A DNA stretch of 49,726 nt from an uncultured bacterium (GTDB lineage: Bacteria > AUK180): positions 62,001-111,726 of the forward strand of contig CALMGJ010000030.1 in assembly GCA_937863565.1 (NCBI GenBank), read 5' to 3'. Made by a program: the position numbers and the translations under genes. Under the pieces are notes generated by a model, which was not told the origin of the DNA, searched no databases, and was given only the letters and a program-made list of their open reading frames with translations. Shown here piece after piece: positions 41,858-49,726 of the stretch. Within the stretch, counting starts at the first letter, position 1; the number at the start of each line of letters is the position of its first letter.

Positions 41858-42610
41858 ATGAAGAAAACGATCCTGTTCACCGCCTTTGCCGTTATATGCT
41901 CGATTTCTGCCGCGGTGCCGACCGCCGGCCGCGCCTGGAGTTATTTTTCAATCAATTTCACTTTGACGAAATCGCTCTCGCTCAATGTGATGCCCGGGAT
42001 AAGATATGAATTTTCGAGAAGGAACGATACGGCTGATGTCAAAGAGTTCTTTATGAATGAATTCTTCATCGGCCCGATGTATAAAATGAACTTTGGGAAA
42101 GGCATTATATTATTGCCGTTTTTTTACTATTATATGGGATATCCGGTGGAGGCTTCCGGGGCATATACGCTTTCTCACAATCTTGAGTTTTCCCCCACAT
42201 ATATTAAAAGATTAGGTATGCTCACCGCTCAGATGCGGCTGATATTTAATAATTGCATCTATTCGAATTTTTATGCCGAGGAGGAAGACCGTTCGGATTA
42301 TTCAATGCTCTTGAGATGGAGGATAATGCTGCAATACGCAGTTGCTCCGAAATTCGTCCTCGAGATCGGCGAAGAGCCCTTCTGGGGCATAATCGGTCCT
42401 TCGGAAGCAACTCCGGTCACAGGTCCCGGTTTTGCCGAAGAGGGATTCGACATGAACAGGATCAATGCAGGCTTCACCTATGTTCTGAATAAGATGCTGG
42501 CATTGAATGTCAATTATATCTATGAGACGAGTTATAAACTCATCGACGGGAAAAAGGAATTATCGGCCGTTTCACACTATATCTTTTTAACTTTTAAGGT
42601 GAACCTCTAA
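41858..42610 (+). CDS. Outer-membrane beta-barrel protein (DUF2490-like)
   Basis: Signal peptide, LRWR...Y, GEEPF, GFDMNR..AGF.Y, amphipathic C-terminal strand. Confidence 0.7.
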   Translation: MKKTILFTAFAVICSISAAVPTAGRAWSYFSINFTLTKSLSLNVMPGIRYEFSRRNDTADVKEFFMNEFFIGPMYKMNFGKGIILLPFFYYYMGYPVEASGAYTLSHNLEFSPTYIKRLGMLTAQMRLIFNNCIYSNFYAEEEDRSDYSMLLRWRIMLQYAVAPKFVLEIGEEPFWGIIGPSEATPVTGPGFAEEGFDMNRINAGFTYVLNKMLALNVNYIYETSYKLIDGKKELSAVSHYIFLTFKVNL

Positions 42611-42617
42611 TTAAAAG

Positions 42618-42842
42618 AATTGACAATTGATAATTGAGAATCGGTCGAAACGAAGTGAATAGTGAAGAGTGAACAGTGAAAAACGATAAATGGCATATTA
42701 GATCATTACACAGTTAAGGGGTTAATGGGTTAACGTGTTCAAGTAAGGAATAATAATTTTAATAACTCGTTAACTCTAAAGCGTTCCTGCGTTCGCAAGC
42801 TTCTTGTCAACTTCAAGGCGGTCCTCCGCCAACTCGTTAACT
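42618..42842. repeat. Cluster of short tandem 7-mer/8-mer repeats plus a 12-bp direct repeat
   Basis: AATTGAN x3 (42618-42638), AGTGAAN x4 (42654-42681), GTTAANNN-like x4 (42713-42744), AACTCGTTAACT at 42764 and 42831. Confidence 0.8.
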
Positions 42843-42891
42843 GAATAATAGAGAGAAGCGAAAGCCGCTATATCCTAAAGCACTTTCGGGA

Positions 42892-44325
42892 TCAATTTTT
42901 CTTCGGGGCAAGCAGAAATACCGCAGGAGCGCTGAGAAGAGAGACCAGCATGCCGATCGTTCCTGCCTGGGGAGAAGGAGTGCCCAGAATGTAAAGGACC
43001 ATGCAAGTGCCTACACCGAGAACAGAAGACACGATGGCGCTTGCCTCGTTCGCTTTTTTAGAGAAAAGGCCCCAGATGAAAGGCCCGAGGAAAACGGACC
43101 CTACGGCCCCCCAGGATATCCCGAGTATGCTCACTATCGTTGCCGGTTTAGAGAAAGCGAACACTACCGAAATGAAAATAAAGATCGCGCTCATGATCCT
43201 CATAAGCAGCGTGACGGCGGGATCACTTGCTTTGGGATTGAGAAATCCAGCATACAAGTCCTTGACTATCGATGATGCTGAAATGAGTATCAAAGCGGCA
43301 AGTGTGGACATTGAAGCGGAAAAGATAAGGAGCAGCATTGCGATACCGAGCGATGAGGGCACAACATTGGCGAACAGTTCGGGCATAAGCGCATCTACGA
43401 TGGGTTTACCCGCTTCATTGAATGCATTCGGAGTAGTAGCCGGAGATAAGAATACTCTCGTCATCGCTCCCGAGAAATAAGCGACCCCGGCAATGAGAAG
43501 CGCAAAAACCGAAGATATCCATTTTCCTTTTTTTATTGCAGTTTCATCTTTTATCGCATAGAATTTTTGAACGAGCTGAGGCATACCGAATGGAGCCACA
43601 CTTGTGAGGAATACGAGCGAGATCAAAGGCCAGAGGCCCGGCGGCCCTATAGGCGCGACGAGCTTCGGATTGACAGCATTCAGTTTCTCGATCATACCTC
43701 CGAAACCGCCCGCTTTCACGATAATGAAGAACAGAAGGATTATCACACTCACCGTCATGATAATGCCGAAGATGACATCGATCAAGGTCATCGATTTATA
43801 CCCGCCGAGCACAAGGTATATTGCCGTGAATATACCCATGAACAAAAGGGCGGCGGAATAATTGATATTGAAAGTGCTCTGGAAAAGATATGAAAGTCCC
43901 ATAAAAACTGCAGCCGAATAGGGCACGAAGAAAATAAAGATGCCTACGGATGTGAAGAACTTCATCACTCTGCTATTATACCTTTTCTCGAGGAATTCGG
44001 GCATTGTGGTAATATCCATCTGTACGGAGACCTTCTTAACTGCCGGCCCGATGAGCGCCCAAACGAGAAACGTTCCCACGAGAGCGTTCCCGAGCGATAT
44101 CCAGAGGCCGGACAGGCCGAAATTCCACCCTATATTCCCGGCAAAACCTATAAAAAGAACTGCGGAAAAGTAAGCCGTACCGTAAGTGAAGGCGGTGAGC
44201 ACGGCGCTTACCTTCCTTCCCCCGAGGAAGAAATCATTAAAACTCCTGGTTTTCTTAAGGCCCAATAACCCGATCACGATTATCATCGCCGCATATAGAC
44301 CGAGAATGATAAACTTAACGATCAT
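42892..44325 (-). CDS. Sodium:solute symporter family protein; start reassigned to ATG 44325
   Basis: DFFLGGR, YFSA..FIG.AG, TMPEFLEKRY, GMPQLVQKFY, SASMSTL; many TM helices; promoter TTGACA-N17-TATAAT (44387-44359). Confidence 0.93.
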   Translation of the reverse strand: MIVKFIILGLYAAMIIVIGLLGLKKTRSFNDFFLGGRKVSAVLTAFTYGTAYFSAVLFIGFAGNIGWNFGLSGLWISLGNALVGTFLVWALIGPAVKKVSVQMDITTMPEFLEKRYNSRVMKFFTSVGIFIFFVPYSAAVFMGLSYLFQSTFNINYSAALLFMGIFTAIYLVLGGYKSMTLIDVIFGIIMTVSVIILLFFIIVKAGGFGGMIEKLNAVNPKLVAPIGPPGLWPLISLVFLTSVAPFGMPQLVQKFYAIKDETAIKKGKWISSVFALLIAGVAYFSGAMTRVFLSPATTPNAFNEAGKPIVDALMPELFANVVPSSLGIAMLLLIFSASMSTLAALILISASSIVKDLYAGFLNPKASDPAVTLLMRIMSAIFIFISVVFAFSKPATIVSILGISWGAVGSVFLGPFIWGLFSKKANEASAIVSSVLGVGTCMVLYILGTPSPQAGTIGMLVSLLSAPAVFLLAPKKN

Positions 44326-44407
44326 TTCCCTCTCCTTTTCACGATTCAATTATTAAGCATTATACTATAAAGGCGGAGTTCTGTCAAATATCTCCGGGAC
44401 GTTAGGA

Positions 44408-47134
44408 TCACTCCGGAGAAAGGTTCCATTTCAGACGGATATTTGTTGCTTTCTCTTTTTGTCCTGCCCGAACGAGTATCAGGGCAAATATCCTGGCCGT
44501 ATATTCTGATGGAGCATCACGATACATCTTCTCGGCATGATAAAGTGCCTTGTCGATAGAACCTGTTATAAGATAATTGTAGATTAATGCGGTAATGACT
44601 GTCCGGTTTTCCGGCATGAAATTCAGAAGTTTTAAAACGATCTCCTCTTTCCCGGGAAAACGATTATTCAAAAGATATGCAGCGCCCTCCTTCGTTTGGA
44701 ACCATTCTCCCAGAAGAGCAGTGATATCCTTCATCTGATATTCGAGTTCGCTGTCCCAGGAACCCTCATCCTTCAGATCGTTCATCGAACTTTCAAGAAA
44801 AAGAAAAGCCCGGAAATAATCGGCCTGAAGCTTGTTAATATGATATTCGAGAGTGGTCTTTCCATAGAGTGCCATTCCTTTATCTGCCGCAAGTATATCT
44901 TTTAGGATGCCGGCCCTGCCGCAATTATCTTTAAGATGGCTTACTTCGCAATATTGCAGAGGTGTTTTGTCGTCAAGCGAGATGGGTCCGGGGCCACAGA
45001 AAGCAGGAAAAGTATTTTGATCCAGGATGCTCAGTTTTCCGAAATGTTCAGGGGAATCAAGATTATATTTCATCAGGTCATCGCTCACTGATTTCTTTGC
45101 GATCAACCTTGTCCAACCTTTCCGATCGATCTCGAAGGGTTGCATGGAGCCCGCCATGAGCATATATTCATTAAAAAAATACAGTTCGCAAAAAGGGAAC
45201 ACGGAATGGAACGTGCGGAGTATGACCCGGAAATCCTTTCGGGATATTCCGTGAAAAGGGAGCCATTGTATCATTTTCCCGTTACTATGCAAATGTTCTG
45301 AACAGGAGCAATAGAAATCTCTAGTATATAGTACCCACGAATCGCAGGAATTGGGATGAGTGGAATCCGATATGATCACATCGAAATCCCTCTTCGAATT
45401 ATGAACATAGGATCTTCCGTCATCGATCAGTATTTTGTCGCGGCAATTCACATGCACGCTGAAATTGTATTCTTTGAAATGTTCTGCTGCGAGAAGCACA
45501 TCCTTGACTATCTCGATACAGACGGGGTTGGTCCCGGGAATATTACACAGGGTTCCGAACGTAATGCCTCCACCGAAAGCAATGCACAGGATTTCACTTG
45601 CATCGGGATTCAGAAGGAACGGGACATATGCAAGCCCCTTAAAAACCCGGAGCGAGTTGTAATCTGTTGGAACTTCCCCAACGGAGTTTATCTTGAGCAT
45701 CTTTTTATTCTCCTTGTTCCGCGTAACGCTTACAGTGCCCAAAAGCCCCTCTTTATAAAGGAGGATCTCGTTCGTTTTGTATTCCCGGGCGGCCATTCTC
45801 CCGATATGATCAACAGGTTTTATAAAAAAAGAGCCGGCCAGGATTAAAAATATCACGATGAAATATACGGTCTTTCTCCGTGCAAACGAACGCGGAGATG
45901 AAAAGGCGGTAAAACACGCGATAATAAGGCCGAAATAAGAAAGAACGCGGAGTGTAATCGAAACACCGATAAAATAGATAAGAATGAATGTAGTAACAAG
46001 ACATCCTGTCATATTCCCGAATCCGCTGATTAACGAAATGATCCCGACCGATCTGGAATTGTCTTTCTCCGGGGAATGGATATCATAAATATCTATCTGA
46101 AGAGGAAATAAGAAACCGCAGGCGCTGACCGGAGGAACTATCAAAAGGAACGGGGCGAGGATACGTGATGAAAAAAGGCCGGCGAACGTATTATTCCCGA
46201 AGGCGCTCTTTAATGCCACTAATAAACTATTCACATGGAATGCTGTTACGGGGAAAAAAATCTGCCACGCGCTGCAGAAGGTCAGTGCAATGAAGAAAGC
46301 CTTAAATCCGCTCGTGTTCTCCAGTATGCGTTTCCGCATTATTCCGTAAATGAGGGAACCCAGAGCCAAACCCAGGATATAAAAAGCCGTGAGAAGCGTG
46401 AAACAGTAGATAGTGTTCCCTGTGAAACTGATGAGCAGTCGGTTGTAGATGATCTCATAGGATATGGTTAAAAATCCGCTTGAGAAAGTCAGAATAAAAA
46501 GAGGGAGAGGAGGTTTTCGCCAGCGCGTCAACCGGCCTCGTTCAAAACCTTTCGGGCCCTCCCCCGTTTTCCTCCTCATCGAGAGAAACAGGAAAAAAGT
46601 GAAATAGATAAGCCCCGTAAAAGAAACTGCGTGCGATGTCATCCTGATGCCCAAATGATATATAAGGAAAAAATTTGCGATCACTATCGCAAATGCCGAA
46701 ACAAAAGTTCCATATCCGTATAGAAGAGGGATATTTCCAAGAGAGAATATCTTTCCCAGAAGAGGAAAAGACATTCCGAGAAAAGTAGCCGGGAAAAGAA
46801 TGAGCATAAAGCAGAGTATTTTTGTAATGAAAGCTGAATTAATGCCCATTAGGGCATCAAGCGTGAAAGTGTATATGATGGCAATGCAGAAAAGGATGAC
46901 CTGCAGGACTAAAAAAAGGTTTTCCGGTCTTCGTATCCGATCGCGGTACTTTAAAATCAGAGAACTGCCTACGGGCGATCCCATCATCCAAGCCGCGAGT
47001 ATTAGGCTTACCGAAGGAAGAGTGCCTCCGCAAATCAGCAGCATCTTCCTTTGCCATATTGCCTGAAGGACCAGTGAAATGAATGATATGACCAGATAAT
47101 GGGTAAGGAAAATCTTTTCCTTTCTGTTTAACAA
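44408..47134 (-). CDS. Fused multi-TM/spermidine synthase-like protein; start probably TTG 47134
   Basis: About 13 TM helices followed by a Rossmann domain (LCIAFGGGIT, CIEI, DDGR, FDVIISDSTHP, LYTRDFY, QWLP). Confidence 0.85.
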   Translation of the reverse strand: MLNRKEKIFLTHYLVISFISLVLQAIWQRKMLLICGGTLPSVSLILAAWMMGSPVGSSLILKYRDRIRRPENLFLVLQVILFCIAIIYTFTLDALMGINSAFITKILCFMLILFPATFLGMSFPLLGKIFSLGNIPLLYGYGTFVSAFAIVIANFFLIYHLGIRMTSHAVSFTGLIYFTFFLFLSMRRKTGEGPKGFERGRLTRWRKPPLPLFILTFSSGFLTISYEIIYNRLLISFTGNTIYCFTLLTAFYILGLALGSLIYGIMRKRILENTSGFKAFFIALTFCSAWQIFFPVTAFHVNSLLVALKSAFGNNTFAGLFSSRILAPFLLIVPPVSACGFLFPLQIDIYDIHSPEKDNSRSVGIISLISGFGNMTGCLVTTFILIYFIGVSITLRVLSYFGLIIACFTAFSSPRSFARRKTVYFIVIFLILAGSFFIKPVDHIGRMAAREYKTNEILLYKEGLLGTVSVTRNKENKKMLKINSVGEVPTDYNSLRVFKGLAYVPFLLNPDASEILCIAFGGGITFGTLCNIPGTNPVCIEIVKDVLLAAEHFKEYNFSVHVNCRDKILIDDGRSYVHNSKRDFDVIISDSTHPNSCDSWVLYTRDFYCSCSEHLHSNGKMIQWLPFHGISRKDFRVILRTFHSVFPFCELYFFNEYMLMAGSMQPFEIDRKGWTRLIAKKSVSDDLMKYNLDSPEHFGKLSILDQNTFPAFCGPGPISLDDKTPLQYCEVSHLKDNCGRAGILKDILAADKGMALYGKTTLEYHINKLQADYFRAFLFLESSMNDLKDEGSWDSELEYQMKDITALLGEWFQTKEGAAYLLNNRFPGKEEIVLKLLNFMPENRTVITALIYNYLITGSIDKALYHAEKMYRDAPSEYTARIFALILVRAGQKEKATNIRLKWNLSPE

Positions 47135-47218
47135 TTTCTTCCTTTTAGATAATATATCTTTTTCCCGCCTGAAAATCAAGTGTATTGAACAAATAGGAAA
47201 AAAATGATAAAATAAACC

Positions 47219-47665
47219 ATGAGCTCTATAAAGAGGGTCACTCATCGTATTTTATTCATTTTTATCATGATTCTTTCTGCAGGCTGCTCTTTTGAGAGGG
47301 AAAAGGCGGCTGCGCTTGAGATCTCCGAGAAATACCTCTCCATGTTCAAAGAGCAAAGGTTCACGGATACGAAGGCTATGCTTGCAAAGAATTTTTTCGA
47401 CGAGACGCCGAAAGACATGTATCTTGATTTTCTGAATAAGGTGACCGGAAAACTCGGCGCACTGGGATCATGGGAGATAGCGGATTGGAACATCGAGAAG
47501 AAAAGGGGGCTCAATACGTTCAATGGTTACAGGATATATTTCATATTCAAGGTACAGTACGAAAAGTTCCCGGGAACGATCAAGATCACGCTCATCAGGC
47601 ATTTTGACGAAGAGGAATACAAGGTTGCCGGCGTGTTTTTCACTTCCGACGGCCTTCTGGAATAA
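47219..47665 (+). CDS. Lipoprotein (DUF4019/NTF2-like)
   Basis: Lipobox SAGC; KLG.L....., F.V.YEK and YKV.G.F pattern; promoter TTGAAC-N17-TAAAAT-N5-ATG. Confidence 0.7.
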   Translation: MSSIKRVTHRILFIFIMILSAGCSFEREKAAALEISEKYLSMFKEQRFTDTKAMLAKNFFDETPKDMYLDFLNKVTGKLGALGSWEIADWNIEKKRGLNTFNGYRIYFIFKVQYEKFPGTIKITLIRHFDEEEYKVAGVFFTSDGLLE

Positions 47666-47684
47666 ATAATAACAGGAGGGGATA

Positions 47685-49487
47685 ATGAAGAAACAACTGC
47701 TTTTCATCGGAGCTATGATGCTCCTCGGAGTTCTTGCGGGCCTTATGGCATATTCCATTATTACGGCGATCGCCGCGCCGAACTATTCCAATATGCTTCT
47801 TTCGGCAAAAGAAAATGCCGAGATAACTGAGCTTGCCGCGAGTACGGGTCTGGCGGTTAAAAACACGGGACTCATCCGTTTCGCCGCACTCCTTCTCATA
47901 GCATTGATCTTCGTTGCGTTCCTCTGGAATATTAATAGGCATCTTTTGCCTTCTCTTTTGAAAAAGCAGACTTTTTTAAAAGCCCTGACAGGTCTTGTGC
48001 TTGCTTTATTCCTTATGGTATTCATAGCCGCGCTCTCTAACCGCATGATCTCATCAGTAGGGATATCGTGGGGTTATGCGGGATTTGTTGCAGTTCTCTT
48101 CGGTTTTACTTTCATGGTGCTTGGAGAGAACGGATTCGCAAAGGATTTCACCGAAATGAGATTGAACGGCGCTACAAGGAGGGACCTGCTTATATGTTTC
48201 ATTCAAGGTATCGCGGCCGGGCTGATCTCCATCTTGTTGCTCTTCGGGGCAAAATGGTGGTTCGGGAAATTCTTCGTTCTCGTATCCGAAGTCTATGACG
48301 GATCGGGAGAAGTGACCGCTGTGGGATACAGGTATTTTAAAAGGGAATTTATATTCCTTGCTGTTTTCCTGCTTGGTTCTTTTGCCGCATTGATCTCCTC
48401 CGTTACGCCCGTGAAAAAAGAAAAAAGGGAACGTATCGTCTCTTTGACGATCGCATTGATCCTCCTTGCAGTTCTTCTGATCAGGATCATTCCGGCGTAT
48501 AATGAAGGCGTGAAAAAATACGATCTCGGTAAAAAGAGCCTTGCTGAAGCGGCCGGTATTGAAGATCTTTCAAACGGCTCCTCAGTTCTCCTCGTCCTGG
48601 TGAAAGGTGCGGACGGCTTTGCCGGGAGGATCGAACATGATATGATGTTGAACTCATATGGCGCGTTCACTGATTCGGGCAAGATAACTGTATCTCCCGA
48701 AAACCTTAAAAAACTTGAGGATTTCCTCTCATCACGCCCGAACGGGTCAGTGTATAAATTCGCTGCTTTAAGCGCGCTTTATAACGGTTATTTCATGGTT
48801 TTTGATTATGATGAGGGAATGAATAGATTGTTTGCAGCGTCAGATGATCTTGTTTTAGCAAGATATATAATGATCGCTCGCTTGAAAAGAGGACGCATAA
48901 CCGAGAAAAACCTGGAATTTATAAGGCATTTTGCCGATGAGGGAAAATTCATCGCTAACGGGAACAGTGCCGTGACAATAACCGAACTTTTTATACGCTA
49001 CGGGGCGAAGGATGATGCTTCAAAGTGGATGGAAATAGCTCACGAGCGCGCCGAATCCGATAAATTCAATGCTCTCAAGATGCCCGAGAATGTAATGGTA
49101 AACGGAAGAATAAGCGGCAATATCGATATAGGCGTACCTGTTCCGCTCGGGACGAGGATCGGTCTATTTAAATATCAGGGCAGGCTGCTCAATAAAAGCG
49201 ACCTTGGTTCTATGATGATGATGGTAGATTCCGCTGCGGTTAAAGAAGACGGGGCGTTCTCTTTCGGGAACCTTGCAGAGGATGAATATTATCTCTGCCT
49301 TCTTACCGGGAAGGATATTGTAGCTGCTGCTGAAAGCGCGAAAGTAAAAATAGAATTCAAGCCATATATTGAAGGCCCCCTTGATCCGAAGAAGAAGCCG
49401 GAGGGTTATCTGGGGGACGGCATCATCAAGATCACTGCCGAAGCGCCTTCTGCAGATCTTGGGAAGATCACACTTACAAAAGAATAG
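47685..49487 (+). CDS. Hypothetical polytopic membrane protein with large C-terminal soluble domain
   Basis: About 7 hydrophobic segments, then a helical region and a beta-sandwich-like end (DGAFSFGNL....Y.L); AGGAGG RBS. Confidence 0.75.
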   Translation: MKKQLLFIGAMMLLGVLAGLMAYSIITAIAAPNYSNMLLSAKENAEITELAASTGLAVKNTGLIRFAALLLIALIFVAFLWNINRHLLPSLLKKQTFLKALTGLVLALFLMVFIAALSNRMISSVGISWGYAGFVAVLFGFTFMVLGENGFAKDFTEMRLNGATRRDLLICFIQGIAAGLISILLLFGAKWWFGKFFVLVSEVYDGSGEVTAVGYRYFKREFIFLAVFLLGSFAALISSVTPVKKEKRERIVSLTIALILLAVLLIRIIPAYNEGVKKYDLGKKSLAEAAGIEDLSNGSSVLLVLVKGADGFAGRIEHDMMLNSYGAFTDSGKITVSPENLKKLEDFLSSRPNGSVYKFAALSALYNGYFMVFDYDEGMNRLFAASDDLVLARYIMIARLKRGRITEKNLEFIRHFADEGKFIANGNSAVTITELFIRYGAKDDASKWMEIAHERAESDKFNALKMPENVMVNGRISGNIDIGVPVPLGTRIGLFKYQGRLLNKSDLGSMMMMVDSAAVKEDGAFSFGNLAEDEYYLCLLTGKDIVAAAESAKVKIEFKPYIEGPLDPKKKPEGYLGDGIIKITAEAPSADLGKITLTKE

Positions 49488-49544
49488 AGAAAAAGGGCAA
49501 GGGGAGATCTCTTCTGCAATAAAAAGCGAATCAAAAATGCTGAT

Positions 49545-49573
49545 TTGACATAAATCCTGTTTTTTATTATAAT
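49545..49573 (+). promoter_or_regulatory. Consensus promoter of tRNA-Ser
   Basis: TTGACA-N17-TATAAT, 12 nt upstream of the tRNA. Confidence 0.85.
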
Positions 49574-49585
49574 CAATTTCATTTC

Positions 49586-49675
49586 GGAGAGGTGACCGAG
49601 TGGTTGAAGGTGCATGCCTGGAGAGCATGTGTACGGGAAACTGTACCCCGGGTTCGAATCCCGGCCTCTCCGCCA
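49586..49675 (+). tRNA. tRNA-Ser(GGA)
   Basis: Acceptor GGAGAGG/CCTCTCC-G-CCA, anticodon arm CATGC-CTGGAGA-GCATG, long variable arm GTACGG-GAAA-CTGTAC, T arm CCGGG-TTCGAAT-CCCGG. Confidence 0.98.
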
Positions 49676-49685
49676 GAAATTCAAA

Positions 49686-49706
49686 TTAATAGTTAATAGT
49701 GAATAG
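49686..49706. repeat. Short heptamer tandem repeat after the tRNA
   Basis: TTAATAG-TTAATAG-TGAATAG, related to the AGTGAAT units at 42654. Confidence 0.55.
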
Positions 49707-49726
49707 TTGAGGTAAGAAGTTTTCAT

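Noticed and set aside
42611-42891. CRISPR array
   Set aside because: The repeats are 7-12 bp and tandem, with no 23-47 bp repeats separated by unique spacers, and there are no cas genes.
37432-49675. Integrative island bounded by tRNA-Ser
   Set aside because: The accessory genes lie on the 5' side of the tRNA, and no integrase or att duplication is visible in the window.
49406-49726. 106-aa minus-strand ORF at the right edge
   Set aside because: Antisense translation of the tRNA-Ser gene and its promoter.

Overview
Chromosomal window from a diderm (LPS genes lpxK, gmhB, two GT9 heptosyltransferases), probably anaerobic bacterium; the lineage cannot be assigned from this sequence. It is mostly housekeeping: tmRNA-smpB, recA, polA-coaE, hrcA-grpE, acyl-CoA dehydrogenase-etfB-etfA, smc-ftsY, ligA, purN, HU and tRNA-Ser(GGA). 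A partial RAYT-like Y1 transposase lies at the left edge, and accessory genes fill about 37.5-49.5 kb. The most interesting element is at 13.8-15.9 kb: a Moco-family riboswitch lacking P3 (the tungsten-cofactor-associated variant) directly upstream of a stand-alone TonB-dependent receptor. This suggests cofactor-regulated outer-membrane uptake of a W/Mo species or of the pterin cofactor itself. Other signals are at least five apparently leaderless genes, hrcA-grpE without dnaK or a CIRCE, an orphan AbiEii-type nucleotidyltransferase, phased repeats upstream of the riboswitch, and a block of 7/8-mer micro-repeats. All assignments are by eye from motifs; no database searches or folding programs were run.
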